A stretch of DNA of 15,117 nucleotides. It comes from Meiothermus sp. (GTDB lineage Bacteria > Deinococcota > Deinococci > Deinococcales > Thermaceae). The DNA is taken from the NCBI GenBank assembly GCA_033762915.1, contig JANRLD010000090.1:1-15117 (forward strand). The letters run 5' to 3'. Shown here one piece after another: positions 1 through 7,570 of this stretch; within the stretch, counting starts at the first letter, position 1; each line of letters opens with the position of its first letter. A program made the translations under genes and the position numbers. The notes beneath the pieces were generated by a model that searched no databases, was not told where the DNA came from, and saw nothing but the letters and a program-made list of their open reading frames with translations.

Positions 1-65
1 TCGAGGGTTACGGTCTGACCTAAGTGTGATTCTCTTAAGTTGCCACAGTACAGCGTTCGACGCAT
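1..65 (-). CDS. aspS: Aspartate--tRNA ligase, N-terminal fragment (runs off the left edge)
   Basis: Reverse complement of 65..1 reads MRRTLYCGNLRESHLGQTVTL(E/D), the typical bacterial AspRS start (MRTxYCG.LR..H.G..V.L). It lies downstream of hisS, the usual hisS-aspS order. Absent from the ORF track because it is truncated. Confidence 0.93.
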   Translation of the reverse strand, partial: MRRTLYCGNLRESHLGQTVTL

Positions 66-72
66 GAGCGTT

Positions 73-100
73 AGTTTACCTGTTTATCCGATGTTCTCAA
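73..100 (-). promoter_or_regulatory. Putative sigmaA promoter for a leaderless aspS mRNA
   Basis: Minus strand: TTGAGA (100-95), 16 nt, TAAACT (78-73), 7 nt, ATG. No Shine-Dalgarno before the ATG. Confidence 0.6.
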
Positions 101-275
101 GTTGAGCATTGGGAGAGGAAGAAGTTCAAGACTCGAAGGAATAGGGTTTACCATCTGAATACCTGAGCCAGCTGAGATGAAGTGTTGAACGTAGCAAGAG
201 CTCCTGAAGGTTGAATAAGAATTGGGGTAAATGAAACATAGTTGCCCACAAGTGAAGCAAAAATGGAGGATTTAC

Positions 276-310
276 TCACAAACATAGATTATCGTGAAAT
301 AAAGCACATA
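276..310 (+). repeat. 35-bp intergenic motif, copy 1
   Basis: TCACAAA-CATAGA-TTATCGTGAAA-TAAAG-CACATA. Ungapped identity 27/35 to copy 2 and 26/35 to copy 3. Confidence 0.85.
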
Positions 311-435
311 TACTGACCACAAGGATTCAAGGAGTTGTCGTGGGGGAGTTGAATCGATGACACAGCTTCTTTTTCATGGGTTGCAAGAAGTACGACTTTT
401 TTGAATCTCCAGCTCCCAGTTCAGACTGAGCAAAT

Positions 436-453
436 TGGTGAACAGGTTCACCA
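436..453. promoter_or_regulatory. Perfect 8-bp inverted repeat with GTGA-N6-TCAC spacing (Rex/CRP-like operator candidate)
   Basis: TGGTGAAC-AG-GTTCACCA. Two mismatches to the Rex consensus TTGTGAA-N4-TTCACAA. Confidence 0.4.
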
Positions 454-584
454 GCTTTCCCTCGGCAAAGATGCGCACGTCTAATCAGGTTCTACAAAAC
501 GTTCCCCAAGATCGTTTCAGGTGCAAACAAAGGTGTAAATCATAATGACGGTCATGAAGGACTTTTTAGAAAAGGATAATCTGT

Positions 585-619
585 TCACGAACATGATTTA
601 TCGTGAAAACAATCACTTA
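585..619 (+). repeat. 35-bp intergenic motif, copy 2
   Basis: TCACGAA-CATGAT-TTATCGTGAAA-ACAAT-CACTTA. Overlaps the perfect inverted repeat TTCACGA-N10-TCGTGAA (584-607). Direct repeat of copy 1 at a 309-bp period. Confidence 0.85.
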
Positions 620-622
620 TAA

Positions 623-640
623 CACCCAACACGCTGGGTA
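623..640 (-). terminator. Small hairpin after the hisS stop codon (weak terminator or mRNA-stabilising stem)
   Basis: Minus strand TACCCAG-CGTG-TTGGGTG, 7-bp stem with two G-U pairs, 16 nt after the stop. No real U tract. Confidence 0.3.
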
Positions 641-656
641 CGTCAGAGGTCCCGAA

Positions 657-1928
657 TTAGAGGTACTGAGCAATATCACCCACCACGACCTCGACCTGAT
701 GGCCAGACTCAAGGTTTTTTAGCGCTATAGTCCCGCGCTCACGCTCACCTTGGCCCAATAGACCGGCGAACTTCGCGCCTCGCTTGGTGGCATCTTCCAA
801 ACCTTTCCCGATCTTTCGCACGGTATATCCGATTTCCACCCGGAACTGAGGTCGCAGGTGCTGCGCGATCTTCAGGGCCTCGACTTTGCCCGCCTCGTCA
901 AGCGGGATTAGGTAAAGGTCGGGGGAGGGGTCGCCCTTCACCTCCACCCCTTCTTCCTGCAGCGCAATCGCTACCCGCTCGATCCCGATGCCCCAACCCA
1001 CCCCTGGAACCCGTGGCCCGCCCAACATCTCCGAGAGCCCGTCGTAGCGCCCGCCCCCGCCCAGCGCGGACTTGGCCCCGATTTTGGCGTGGTGGATTTC
1101 CCAGGCGGTTCGCACGTAATAATCAAGACCACGCACGATGCTGGGGTCGACGGAGTAGGGGATACCCATCGCGGAAAGGTACCCCGCAACCGCCTCGTGA
1201 AAGGCCCGCGCTTCGGGTCCCAAGAACTCGAGCATCGGCCTCACGTTCAGCCGCGCTGCGATCTGCTGATCGCCCTCACTCTTGGAGTCGAGAATCCGCA
1301 TGGGGTTGCTCTCTAGCCGAACCCTCGAGTCTTCGCTTAGCTGCTGCGCATAGGGTCGGAAAAGCTCCCGCAGGTAGTCGTTGTACTGAGCCACGTCGGC
1401 CGGGTCGCCCACCGACCCGAGCTTAACCTCCAAGTCGCTGAGGCCTACCGCTTTGTAAATCTGGTACATCAGCGCGATGCACTCTGCATCCACGATAGGT
1501 TCCGCCGACCCGATGGCCTCGTAGTCCACCTGGTGAAACTGCTTGTAGCGTCCCTTCTGGTGCCGCTCTGCCCGGAATATCGGGCCGTAGGTAAACAGTC
1601 GCACCGGCTGAGGCCAGACCTTCATGCCGTGCTCGTTGTAGGCCCGCACCATCCCAGCGGTGGGCTCGGGCCGCAGGGCCAGGATTCGCCCGCCGCGGTC
1701 CTCGAGGGTATACATTTCCTTCTTAACCACAATGTCCGAAGTGGTGCCCACACCCTTCTGGAAAACCTCGGCATACTCAAAGATGGGCAGGTGGATCATC
1801 TGGGCCCCGCTCGAGCGCAGCACCCGCTCAGCGGTTGAGGTGATGTGGCGGAACAGCGGCTCGCGGAAGGCGTACTCCTTGCTCTGGCCGAAGATGTCGT
1901 TGGTTCCAGGCACTGCTCTTAGGCTCAT
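657..1928 (-). CDS. hisS: Histidine--tRNA ligase
   Basis: 423 aa. Class II motif 2 FRAERHQKGRYKQFHQ, HisRS peptides LRPEPTA, VRGLDYY and GGGRYDGL, motif 3 GIGIERV, and a C-terminal anticodon-binding domain. Confidence 0.98.
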   Translation of the reverse strand: MSLRAVPGTNDIFGQSKEYAFREPLFRHITSTAERVLRSSGAQMIHLPIFEYAEVFQKGVGTTSDIVVKKEMYTLEDRGGRILALRPEPTAGMVRAYNEHGMKVWPQPVRLFTYGPIFRAERHQKGRYKQFHQVDYEAIGSAEPIVDAECIALMYQIYKAVGLSDLEVKLGSVGDPADVAQYNDYLRELFRPYAQQLSEDSRVRLESNPMRILDSKSEGDQQIAARLNVRPMLEFLGPEARAFHEAVAGYLSAMGIPYSVDPSIVRGLDYYVRTAWEIHHAKIGAKSALGGGGRYDGLSEMLGGPRVPGVGWGIGIERVAIALQEEGVEVKGDPSPDLYLIPLDEAGKVEALKIAQHLRPQFRVEIGYTVRKIGKGLEDATKRGAKFAGLLGQGERERGTIALKNLESGHQVEVVVGDIAQYL

Positions 1929-2179
1929 ACCGGGTAAACAATACCAGTTGCGCCGGACACCTGGAGTACACCGCAGGGCTCAAGCCCTTATAAATGCTTC
2001 CCGAAGTCAGAGCCCATCTCTTTTTCCGCTCTCATGCGCCTTGTACAGAGAATCCCGCTGAGACAAGCCCACCGTCACCATCCTGTTTTCCGTGTGGCTC
2101 ACGCCAATGTGTGAAGCAAATTAAAGCAAGGGGCTTTTGTAATCAATCGGTATGTGGATGCTGCCAAGTGTAGCCCATA

Positions 2180-2208
2180 TTGCAAAAAACTTGTACTTGG
2201 GCTAGATT
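2180..2208 (+). promoter_or_regulatory. Putative sigmaA promoter of the peptide ABC operon
   Basis: TTGCAA (2180-2185), 17 nt, TAGATT (2203-2208). Overlapped by the inverted repeat TAGCCCA (2171-2177) / TGGGCTA (2198-2204). Confidence 0.6.
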
Positions 2209-2290
2209 TTAGGCAAGTTCGAGCACTTTTTCTGGAAAACCTATCTCCTCAGAAAAGCACTATGACTCGAGCTGTTTGTTCGGAGGCGTT

Positions 2291-4003
2291 ATGAAACGTA
2301 AGCTGATCGCCAGTCTTGTTGTGTTGTCCCTTGGGAGCGTGTTGGCCGCAGTGCCGAATAACACGCTCTTAATCATGACCGGGGCCGACATCCCGACCCT
2401 CGACCCGACCATGGTTTACGACACCGCCTCGGGCGAGATCACCGAGAACGTCTACGAGACCCTGGTAGCCTACAAGGGCAAGAGCGTGCGCGACATCGAG
2501 CCGCTGTTGGCGACGGCCTGGACCACCTCGAGGGATGGCAAGGTCTACACCTTTACTCTGCGTCAGGGGGTCAAGTTCCACTCCGGCAACGCCATGACCT
2601 GCGCCGACGCCGAGTACAGCATCCGCCGCAACCTGGTCACCAACAGCTCCGACTCCGGCAACTGGTTCATCTCCGAGTCGTTGCTGGGCACTGGGGCCAA
2701 CGCCAACGATGACAACGACATCACCTGGGCCAAAATCGTCGCCGCGGTGCGCTGCAACGCGCAAGGTCAGCTGGTCCTGACCCTGCCCAAGTCCGACCCT
2801 GCGCTGCTGACCAAACTGGCCTACACCGGCCAGTCCATCATCGACTCCAAGCATGCCATCAGCCTGGGCGACTGGGCCGGCAATGAGGCCACCTGGAAGG
2901 CCAACGTGGGCAAGGACAACACCGACTCCGAGTTGTCCAAGAAGCCCAGCGGCACCGGGGCCTACCAACTGGTTCGCCGCGACGCCAACTCGCTGGTGCT
3001 GCGGGCCTTTGACGGCTATTGGGGCGGCAAGCCCAAGCTCGAGAACGTGATCATCCAGGTGGTTAAGGAGCAAGCCACCCGCCTCGAGGCGCTCAAAAAG
3101 GGCGATGCCGACATTGTCGAGACCGGCCCCCGCTCGGTGCTCTCGCAGCTTCAGGGCTTGGACAACTTGAAGATCATGGACGACATCCCCAACAACGCCG
3201 CCACCGCCATCTTCATGAACCAGACCATCAAGGACCCTGCCGTGCTGGGCTCGGGCAAGCTCGACGGCAACGGCATCCCGGCCAACTTCTTCGCCGACGT
3301 TAACGTGCGCCGGGCCTTTAGCTACGCCTTCGACTACGCCCGCTATATCCGCGAGGTGCAGCTGGGTAAGGGCGTTCAGCGCACCATGCTGCTGCCCGAT
3401 ATGTTCTTTGGCTACGATGCCAGCATCAAGAAGTACACCTACGATGCTGCCCAGGCCACCGCATTCTTCAAGCGGGCCTTTGGGGGACAGCTCTGGGCCA
3501 ATGGCTTCACCCTAAACGCCTCCTACCGCGCCAACAGCGTGGCTGCTCAGACCGCGATGGAGATGCTCAAGGCCAACGTAGAGCGGATTAACCCCAAGTT
3601 CAAGCTCAACCTGACCGCCAAGCCCTGGTCGGACTTCCTCAAGAGCAGCCAGGAGGGCAAGGAGGCCATGATTATCGTGGGCTGGCTGCCTGACTACGCC
3701 GACCCGGATAACTTCATCCATACCTTTTACCACTCCCAGGGCTACTACAACCCCCGCTCGGGCGTGAAGGACAGCATCCTGGACCGCCTGATCGACCAGG
3801 CCCGCGCCACCCCCGACCGCAACCGCCGCGCCGCCCTGTACAGCTCCATCGGCAAGCGGGCTTACGAGCTGGCCCCCTACATTTTGGTGCCCGCTGGCGT
3901 AAACTTCAGCGTGTACAACAAGCAGATCAAGGGTCTCGAGGAGAACTACAACATCATGTCCTCGGGCCGCACCGGCAATTTCTGGCGCCTGCTTTCCAAG
4001 TAG
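2291..4003 (+). CDS. Peptide/nickel ABC transporter substrate-binding protein (family 5, OppA/DppA-like)
   Basis: Start moved from TTG 2276 to ATG 2291 (SD GGAGG at 2282-2286). Sec-type signal peptide [20 protein letters not shown]; family-5 motifs [41 protein letters not shown] and [10 protein letters not shown]. Confidence 0.95.
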   Translation: MKRKLIASLVVLSLGSVLAAVPNNTLLIMTGADIPTLDPTMVYDTASGEITENVYETLVAYKGKSVRDIEPLLATAWTTSRDGKVYTFTLRQGVKFHSGNAMTCADAEYSIRRNLVTNSSDSGNWFISESLLGTGANANDDNDITWAKIVAAVRCNAQGQLVLTLPKSDPALLTKLAYTGQSIIDSKHAISLGDWAGNEATWKANVGKDNTDSELSKKPSGTGAYQLVRRDANSLVLRAFDGYWGGKPKLENVIIQVVKEQATRLEALKKGDADIVETGPRSVLSQLQGLDNLKIMDDIPNNAATAIFMNQTIKDPAVLGSGKLDGNGIPANFFADVNVRRAFSYAFDYARYIREVQLGKGVQRTMLLPDMFFGYDASIKKYTYDAAQATAFFKRAFGGQLWANGFTLNASYRANSVAAQTAMEMLKANVERINPKFKLNLTAKPWSDFLKSSQEGKEAMIIVGWLPDYADPDNFIHTFYHSQGYYNPRSGVKDSILDRLIDQARATPDRNRRAALYSSIGKRAYELAPYILVPAGVNFSVYNKQIKGLEENYNIMSSGRTGNFWRLLSK

Positions 4004-4011
4004 CCTTTAGC

Positions 4012-4071
4012 GCATAGCGGATGGCAGATAGCCTCGAGGTTTTTCCTCCGGCTATCCGCTATCCGCTATGC
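4012..4071 (+). repeat. Long intercistronic stem-loop built from heptamer repeats (REP-like)
   Basis: GCATAGCGGATGGCAGATAGCC (4012-4033) pairs with GGCTATCCGCTATCCGCTATGC (4050-4071): 20 Watson-Crick pairs, 1 G-U, 1 mismatch. Inner stem GAGG/CCTC with a T5 loop. Confidence 0.85.
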
Positions 4072-4105
4072 ACAAAACGCAATCAGCCACACAAAGCGAG
4101 AACCC

Positions 4106-5134
4106 ATGTTTGCTTTTATCGTCCGGCGACTGATGCTGCTCCCATTGGTGCTGCTGGCGCTCACCGTGGTCATCGTGGGGCTATTGCAATTCCTGACCCC
4201 CCAGGAGCGGGCCGCCGCTTACATCACCAATGAGAACCAGGCCCGCAACATTGATAAGATCATCCGCGAGCGCGGCCTCGACCAACCCTTCCACGTGCAG
4301 TACTGGAAGTGGCTCAGCAGTGCCCTGCGCGGCGACCTTGGCTTCTCCAAAGCCTCCAACAAGCCGGTCTGGGACACCATAAAAGAACGCTTTCCGCAGA
4401 CCCTCGAGATCGCCTTGTTTGCCATTATCCCTCTGCTGGGCTTCGGAATCTGGCTGGGCACCAGGGCCGGCCTCAACAAAGACGGCCCCATAGACCAGTT
4501 CGCCAGGGTATTCGCAGTGATCACCTTTAACATCCCCACCTTCGTACTGGGAATTCTGCTGCTGGTGGTCTTCTACGGCTTTCTGAGTCTAGCGCCGGGG
4601 CCGGGCCTGGTCTCGGCCCAGACTCAGGTGGACATGCTGATCAATCCCGTACCGCGCATCACCGGGATGCTCTCGATCGACTCGCTGCTGGCAGGCCGCT
4701 GGAATGTCTTTTGGGACGTGGCCTCGCACCTGGTGCTCCCGGTGATAACGCTGGCCACGGTTTCAACCGCCACCATCATTAAGGTAACCCGGGCCTCCAT
4801 CATCGAGGTGATGTCGCAGGACTACGTCCGCACTGCCCGCGCCAAGGGGCTGCCGGACCATGTGGTTAACCTTAAACACGCCCGTCGCAACGCCTTGATC
4901 CCAGTGGCGACGCTGGGCGGATTCACGGTGATCGGGCTCCTGCAGGGGGCCATCATCACCGAGACCATCTTCGGTCTTGGCGGCATTGGCTCGTGGGGGG
5001 TGGACGCCGCCGGCAAGTTCGATGTGCCGGGCCTGCTGGGCTTCGCCCTGATGGCCGGAGTCATAACCGTGGTGGCCAGCCTGCTGGTGGACATCTTGTA
5101 CGCGCTGATTGACCCCAGGGTGCGGTTCGACTAG
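4106..5134 (+). CDS. Peptide ABC transporter permease (OppB/DppB-like)
   Basis: 342 aa. N-terminus FIVRRL, GLDQP...QYWKWL...LRGDLG.S, HLVLPVITL, EAA loop QDYVRTARAKGL, HARRNAL, C-terminus DILYALIDPRVR. Confidence 0.96.
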   Translation: MFAFIVRRLMLLPLVLLALTVVIVGLLQFLTPQERAAAYITNENQARNIDKIIRERGLDQPFHVQYWKWLSSALRGDLGFSKASNKPVWDTIKERFPQTLEIALFAIIPLLGFGIWLGTRAGLNKDGPIDQFARVFAVITFNIPTFVLGILLLVVFYGFLSLAPGPGLVSAQTQVDMLINPVPRITGMLSIDSLLAGRWNVFWDVASHLVLPVITLATVSTATIIKVTRASIIEVMSQDYVRTARAKGLPDHVVNLKHARRNALIPVATLGGFTVIGLLQGAIITETIFGLGGIGSWGVDAAGKFDVPGLLGFALMAGVITVVASLLVDILYALIDPRVRFD

Positions 5135-5147
5135 GGGAGAGGTGGGC

Positions 5148-6203
5148 ATGAGCACCGTATCGTCGAAACACACCGACCCCGACGCCCTATCCGCGAGGCC
5201 CTCGAGCTTCTGGCAGGATCGGCGGGTACGCCGCTTTCGCCGCAACCGTCTGGCGGTCTTCGGCTTCATTACCGTAGTCTTTTTCCTGTTAATCGCGGTA
5301 TTTGCCCCGTTGCTGGCCCCGCCCCCGGCGGTGGGAAACAACTGCCTGCGCGACCTTGGAGGCTCCAGCAGCACCGAGGTATACAACCCCACAAGTGCCG
5401 TCTTTTGGAAGGCCATGTTTTTCCCTCCGGCCAGCTGCTACCTTACGGCCCGAGTAAACTTCAGCCAGCAGCCCACCCCCCCTCTGGCGAGTGTCCAGTC
5501 CGATGCCGGTGAGCTTCGCCCGATCATGGGCACCTCGAGCGGCTACGACATCTGGTACGGGCTGATCTGGGGAACCCGCACCGCGCTGTTGCTCGCAGTC
5601 TCGGTGGTGTTCGCCCAACTGCTGATCGGAATCGCACTGGGCGGAATCTCGGGTTACTACGGCGGCTGGGTGGACAACCTGATCCAGCGAATCATCGACG
5701 TCATTTTTGCCTTCCCAAGTCTGGTTTTGGTAATCGTGTTCACCACCTTGTTGGGCAAGAGCCTTCCTAACGTAATCATCGCCTTCGTGATGGTGGGCTG
5801 GGCCGGATACGCCCGCATCGTCCGGGCCGAGGTGCTCAAGGTGCGCTCGCTGGAGTTCGTCGACGGGGCAAGGGCGCTAGGGGCCAGCGACCTGCGCATC
5901 ATCTTTCGTCATGTGCTGCCCAACGCCCTAACCGCGCTGCTGGCCATCGTGGTGCTCGACCTAGGCTCGGTGCCGCTGTCCGCAGCAGCGCTGTCCTTCC
6001 TGGGCATCGGCCTTCCGCCCGGCTACGCCGACTGGGGGCAGATCATCAACTCAGCCAGGGCCTGGCTGCAAGGCCCGCCCGGCCAGCCCTGGGCCTACTG
6101 GTACGTCTCGTTTTTCCCGGCCTTTACCATCATCCTGTTCGGGCTTGGCTGGAACCTTCTTGGCGACGCCCTGCGGGACGCGCTCGACCCGAGGAATCAG
6201 TAG
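5148..6203 (+). CDS. Peptide ABC transporter permease (OppC/DppC-like)
   Basis: Start moved to ATG 5148 (purine-rich GGGGAGAGG upstream), about 351 aa. RRFRRNRLAVFG, MGT..G.DI...LIWGTR, EAA loop EFVDGARALGAS, HVLPN, C-terminus NLLGDALRDALDPR. Confidence 0.95.
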   Translation: MSTVSSKHTDPDALSARPSSFWQDRRVRRFRRNRLAVFGFITVVFFLLIAVFAPLLAPPPAVGNNCLRDLGGSSSTEVYNPTSAVFWKAMFFPPASCYLTARVNFSQQPTPPLASVQSDAGELRPIMGTSSGYDIWYGLIWGTRTALLLAVSVVFAQLLIGIALGGISGYYGGWVDNLIQRIIDVIFAFPSLVLVIVFTTLLGKSLPNVIIAFVMVGWAGYARIVRAEVLKVRSLEFVDGARALGASDLRIIFRHVLPNALTALLAIVVLDLGSVPLSAAALSFLGIGLPPGYADWGQIINSARAWLQGPPGQPWAYWYVSFFPAFTIILFGLGWNLLGDALRDALDPRNQ

Positions 6204-6248
6204 GGCTGGTCACCTAGCTGAATGCACATAAGGAATCATCTCGAGCAC

Positions 6249-6287
6249 AAACAACCACAGCCGTTTATGGCGGTGGTTGTTTTATTT
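6249..6287 (+). terminator. Intrinsic terminator of the ABC operon
   Basis: AAACAACCAC-A-GCCG-TTTA-TGGC-G-GTGGTTGTTT followed by TATTT, about 45 nt after the permease stop. Confidence 0.8.
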
Positions 6288-6533
6288 GGGAATCACCACC
6301 AAGCAGCCGCCATCGCTGTGCCGAAGTTGTGATGAGGTGCAAAGTTGTCATCGCCTGAACGTGGTCGCCAACTACGCACTTGAATACGCCAGGAACTCGA
6401 GGCCGGGTGAGGCTCGGGGCCTGGTTGGGAAACAGAGACTCGAGGAAAGTGCATGAGGAATTGACAACGGATAACTAACGCTTCAAGCGAAAAAGGTCAA
6501 AAAGCGTATTTAGCTTTATTAACGGAAATATTG

Positions 6534-6544
6534 TAAACTGAACT
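6534..6544 (+). promoter_or_regulatory. -10 box of a probably leaderless recombinase mRNA
   Basis: TAAACT (6534-6539), 5 nt, ATG 6545. No SD; upstream DNA is AT-rich. Confidence 0.5.
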
Positions 6545-7570
6545 ATGCTGTCTGTTTTACCCAACTGGCAGAACCCTGCCAAGCGCCGCCTCGAGGCTTT
6601 CCGCGCCGCCCAGGAGCGTAACGAGGCCGCGCTGCTCGAGCTGCATCAGGCCTACATGTTGCTTAAGGGCCGTAAGCGGGCTATGGTGAGCCCGAAAACG
6701 CTTGAGCTTTACCAGGTAGCGGTTCGAGACTTTCTGGCTTGGGCATGGCCTCCAGAATCCAACGCACCCACGGTTCAGATTCTTAAGGTGACCTCGGATG
6801 ATCTCGATGCCTGGATCACCGACCTACAGATAACCGGCGGACACCTCGAGGCCGAAAGGTTTCCCCTAAGGCCCGGCAGCATCGCGACCTACCTGGCGGC
6901 AGTGCGCTCGTTTTATCGAGCCCTGGCATGGGCCGAGGCCGCAGAGGTTCCCGAGGTCATTGCCCCCAAAGACCCCACACCGGCCCACGAGCGCCGTCCT
7001 GCCCTGCCCCTTGAGCTGTACAAGCAGCTTCTCGTTCACCTCGACACCGAGGAAGCCGAAGCCCGGCGGGACCGAATCGCTGCACGCCTGATGGGCGAGG
7101 CGGGTCTGCGTATAAGTGAGGTTATTCACTTGCGGGTCGAGGATGTGCATTTGAACGAGCGGCTTCTCGAGATCAAGCGCGGTAAAGGCGGCAAGTCGCG
7201 CAGCGTCCCGCTGGGCAAGTCGCTGGTGGCTGAGCTCTCAAACTGGTTGAGGCTGCGACTTGCGTACGCGGCGGCGGGTGAAACTCGAGTACTGGTCAAT
7301 CTGGGTGGGCGCAAGGCTCACGGCAGGGGCATGACCGACCGAGGCTTGCGCGGCATCCTGAATGCCCATTATGCGGCCCTGGGTTTTTCCTCCCGGTATT
7401 ACGGGGCTCACGTTCTGCGCCACACTGCCGGAACCCGCATGTACAAGGTGTCCAAAGACCTCCACGCTACCGCCCGCCTCTTGGGTCACACCAACGTAAA
7501 CACCTCCGCCATCTACGCCAAGATGGACCTCGAAGGTCTGTTCGACGTGGTGGACAAGCTAGACAACTGA
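6545..7570 (+). CDS. Tyrosine recombinase (XerC/XerD-like, phage integrase family)
   Basis: 341 aa. All catalytic residues visible: R (AGLRISE), K (RGKGGK), HxxR (HVLRH), H (LLGH), Y (TSAIY). N-terminal core-binding-like motifs SPKTLELY...VRDF and SIATYLAAVRSFY. Confidence 0.95.
   Translation: MLSVLPNWQNPAKRRLEAFRAAQERNEAALLELHQAYMLLKGRKRAMVSPKTLELYQVAVRDFLAWAWPPESNAPTVQILKVTSDDLDAWITDLQITGGHLEAERFPLRPGSIATYLAAVRSFYRALAWAEAAEVPEVIAPKDPTPAHERRPALPLELYKQLLVHLDTEEAEARRDRIAARLMGEAGLRISEVIHLRVEDVHLNERLLEIKRGKGGKSRSVPLGKSLVAELSNWLRLRLAYAAAGETRVLVNLGGRKAHGRGMTDRGLRGILNAHYAALGFSSRYYGAHVLRHTAGTRMYKVSKDLHATARLLGHTNVNTSAIYAKMDLEGLFDVVDKLDN

Noticed and set aside
582..610. parS-like halves (TGTTCACG ... 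CGTGAAAACA), tempting given smc nearby
   Set aside because: parS is a contiguous 16-bp palindrome (TGTTTCACGTGAAACA). Here the halves are separated by 12 nt and no intact parS was seen.
276..619. CRISPR array or integron attC interpretation of the direct repeats
   Set aside because: Only two local copies, 274 nt apart, and no cas genes. No RYYYAAC/GTTRRRY-bounded long hairpin, and I see no IntI-type insertion in the recombinase.
67..6482. Shared 10-mer AACTAACGCT upstream of aspS and the recombinase, and similar isolated matches (GTGAAGCAAA at 252/2111, CCAATGTGTGA at 2104 and on the minus strand at 12240-12250)
   Set aside because: Isolated 10-11-nt matches without extended similarity are expected by chance in this much intergenic DNA.
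6511..6527. Possible DdrO radiation/desiccation response motif upstream of the recombinase (TAGCTTTATTAACGGAA)
   Set aside because: Only the right half fits the 17-bp palindrome; the left half has several mismatches.
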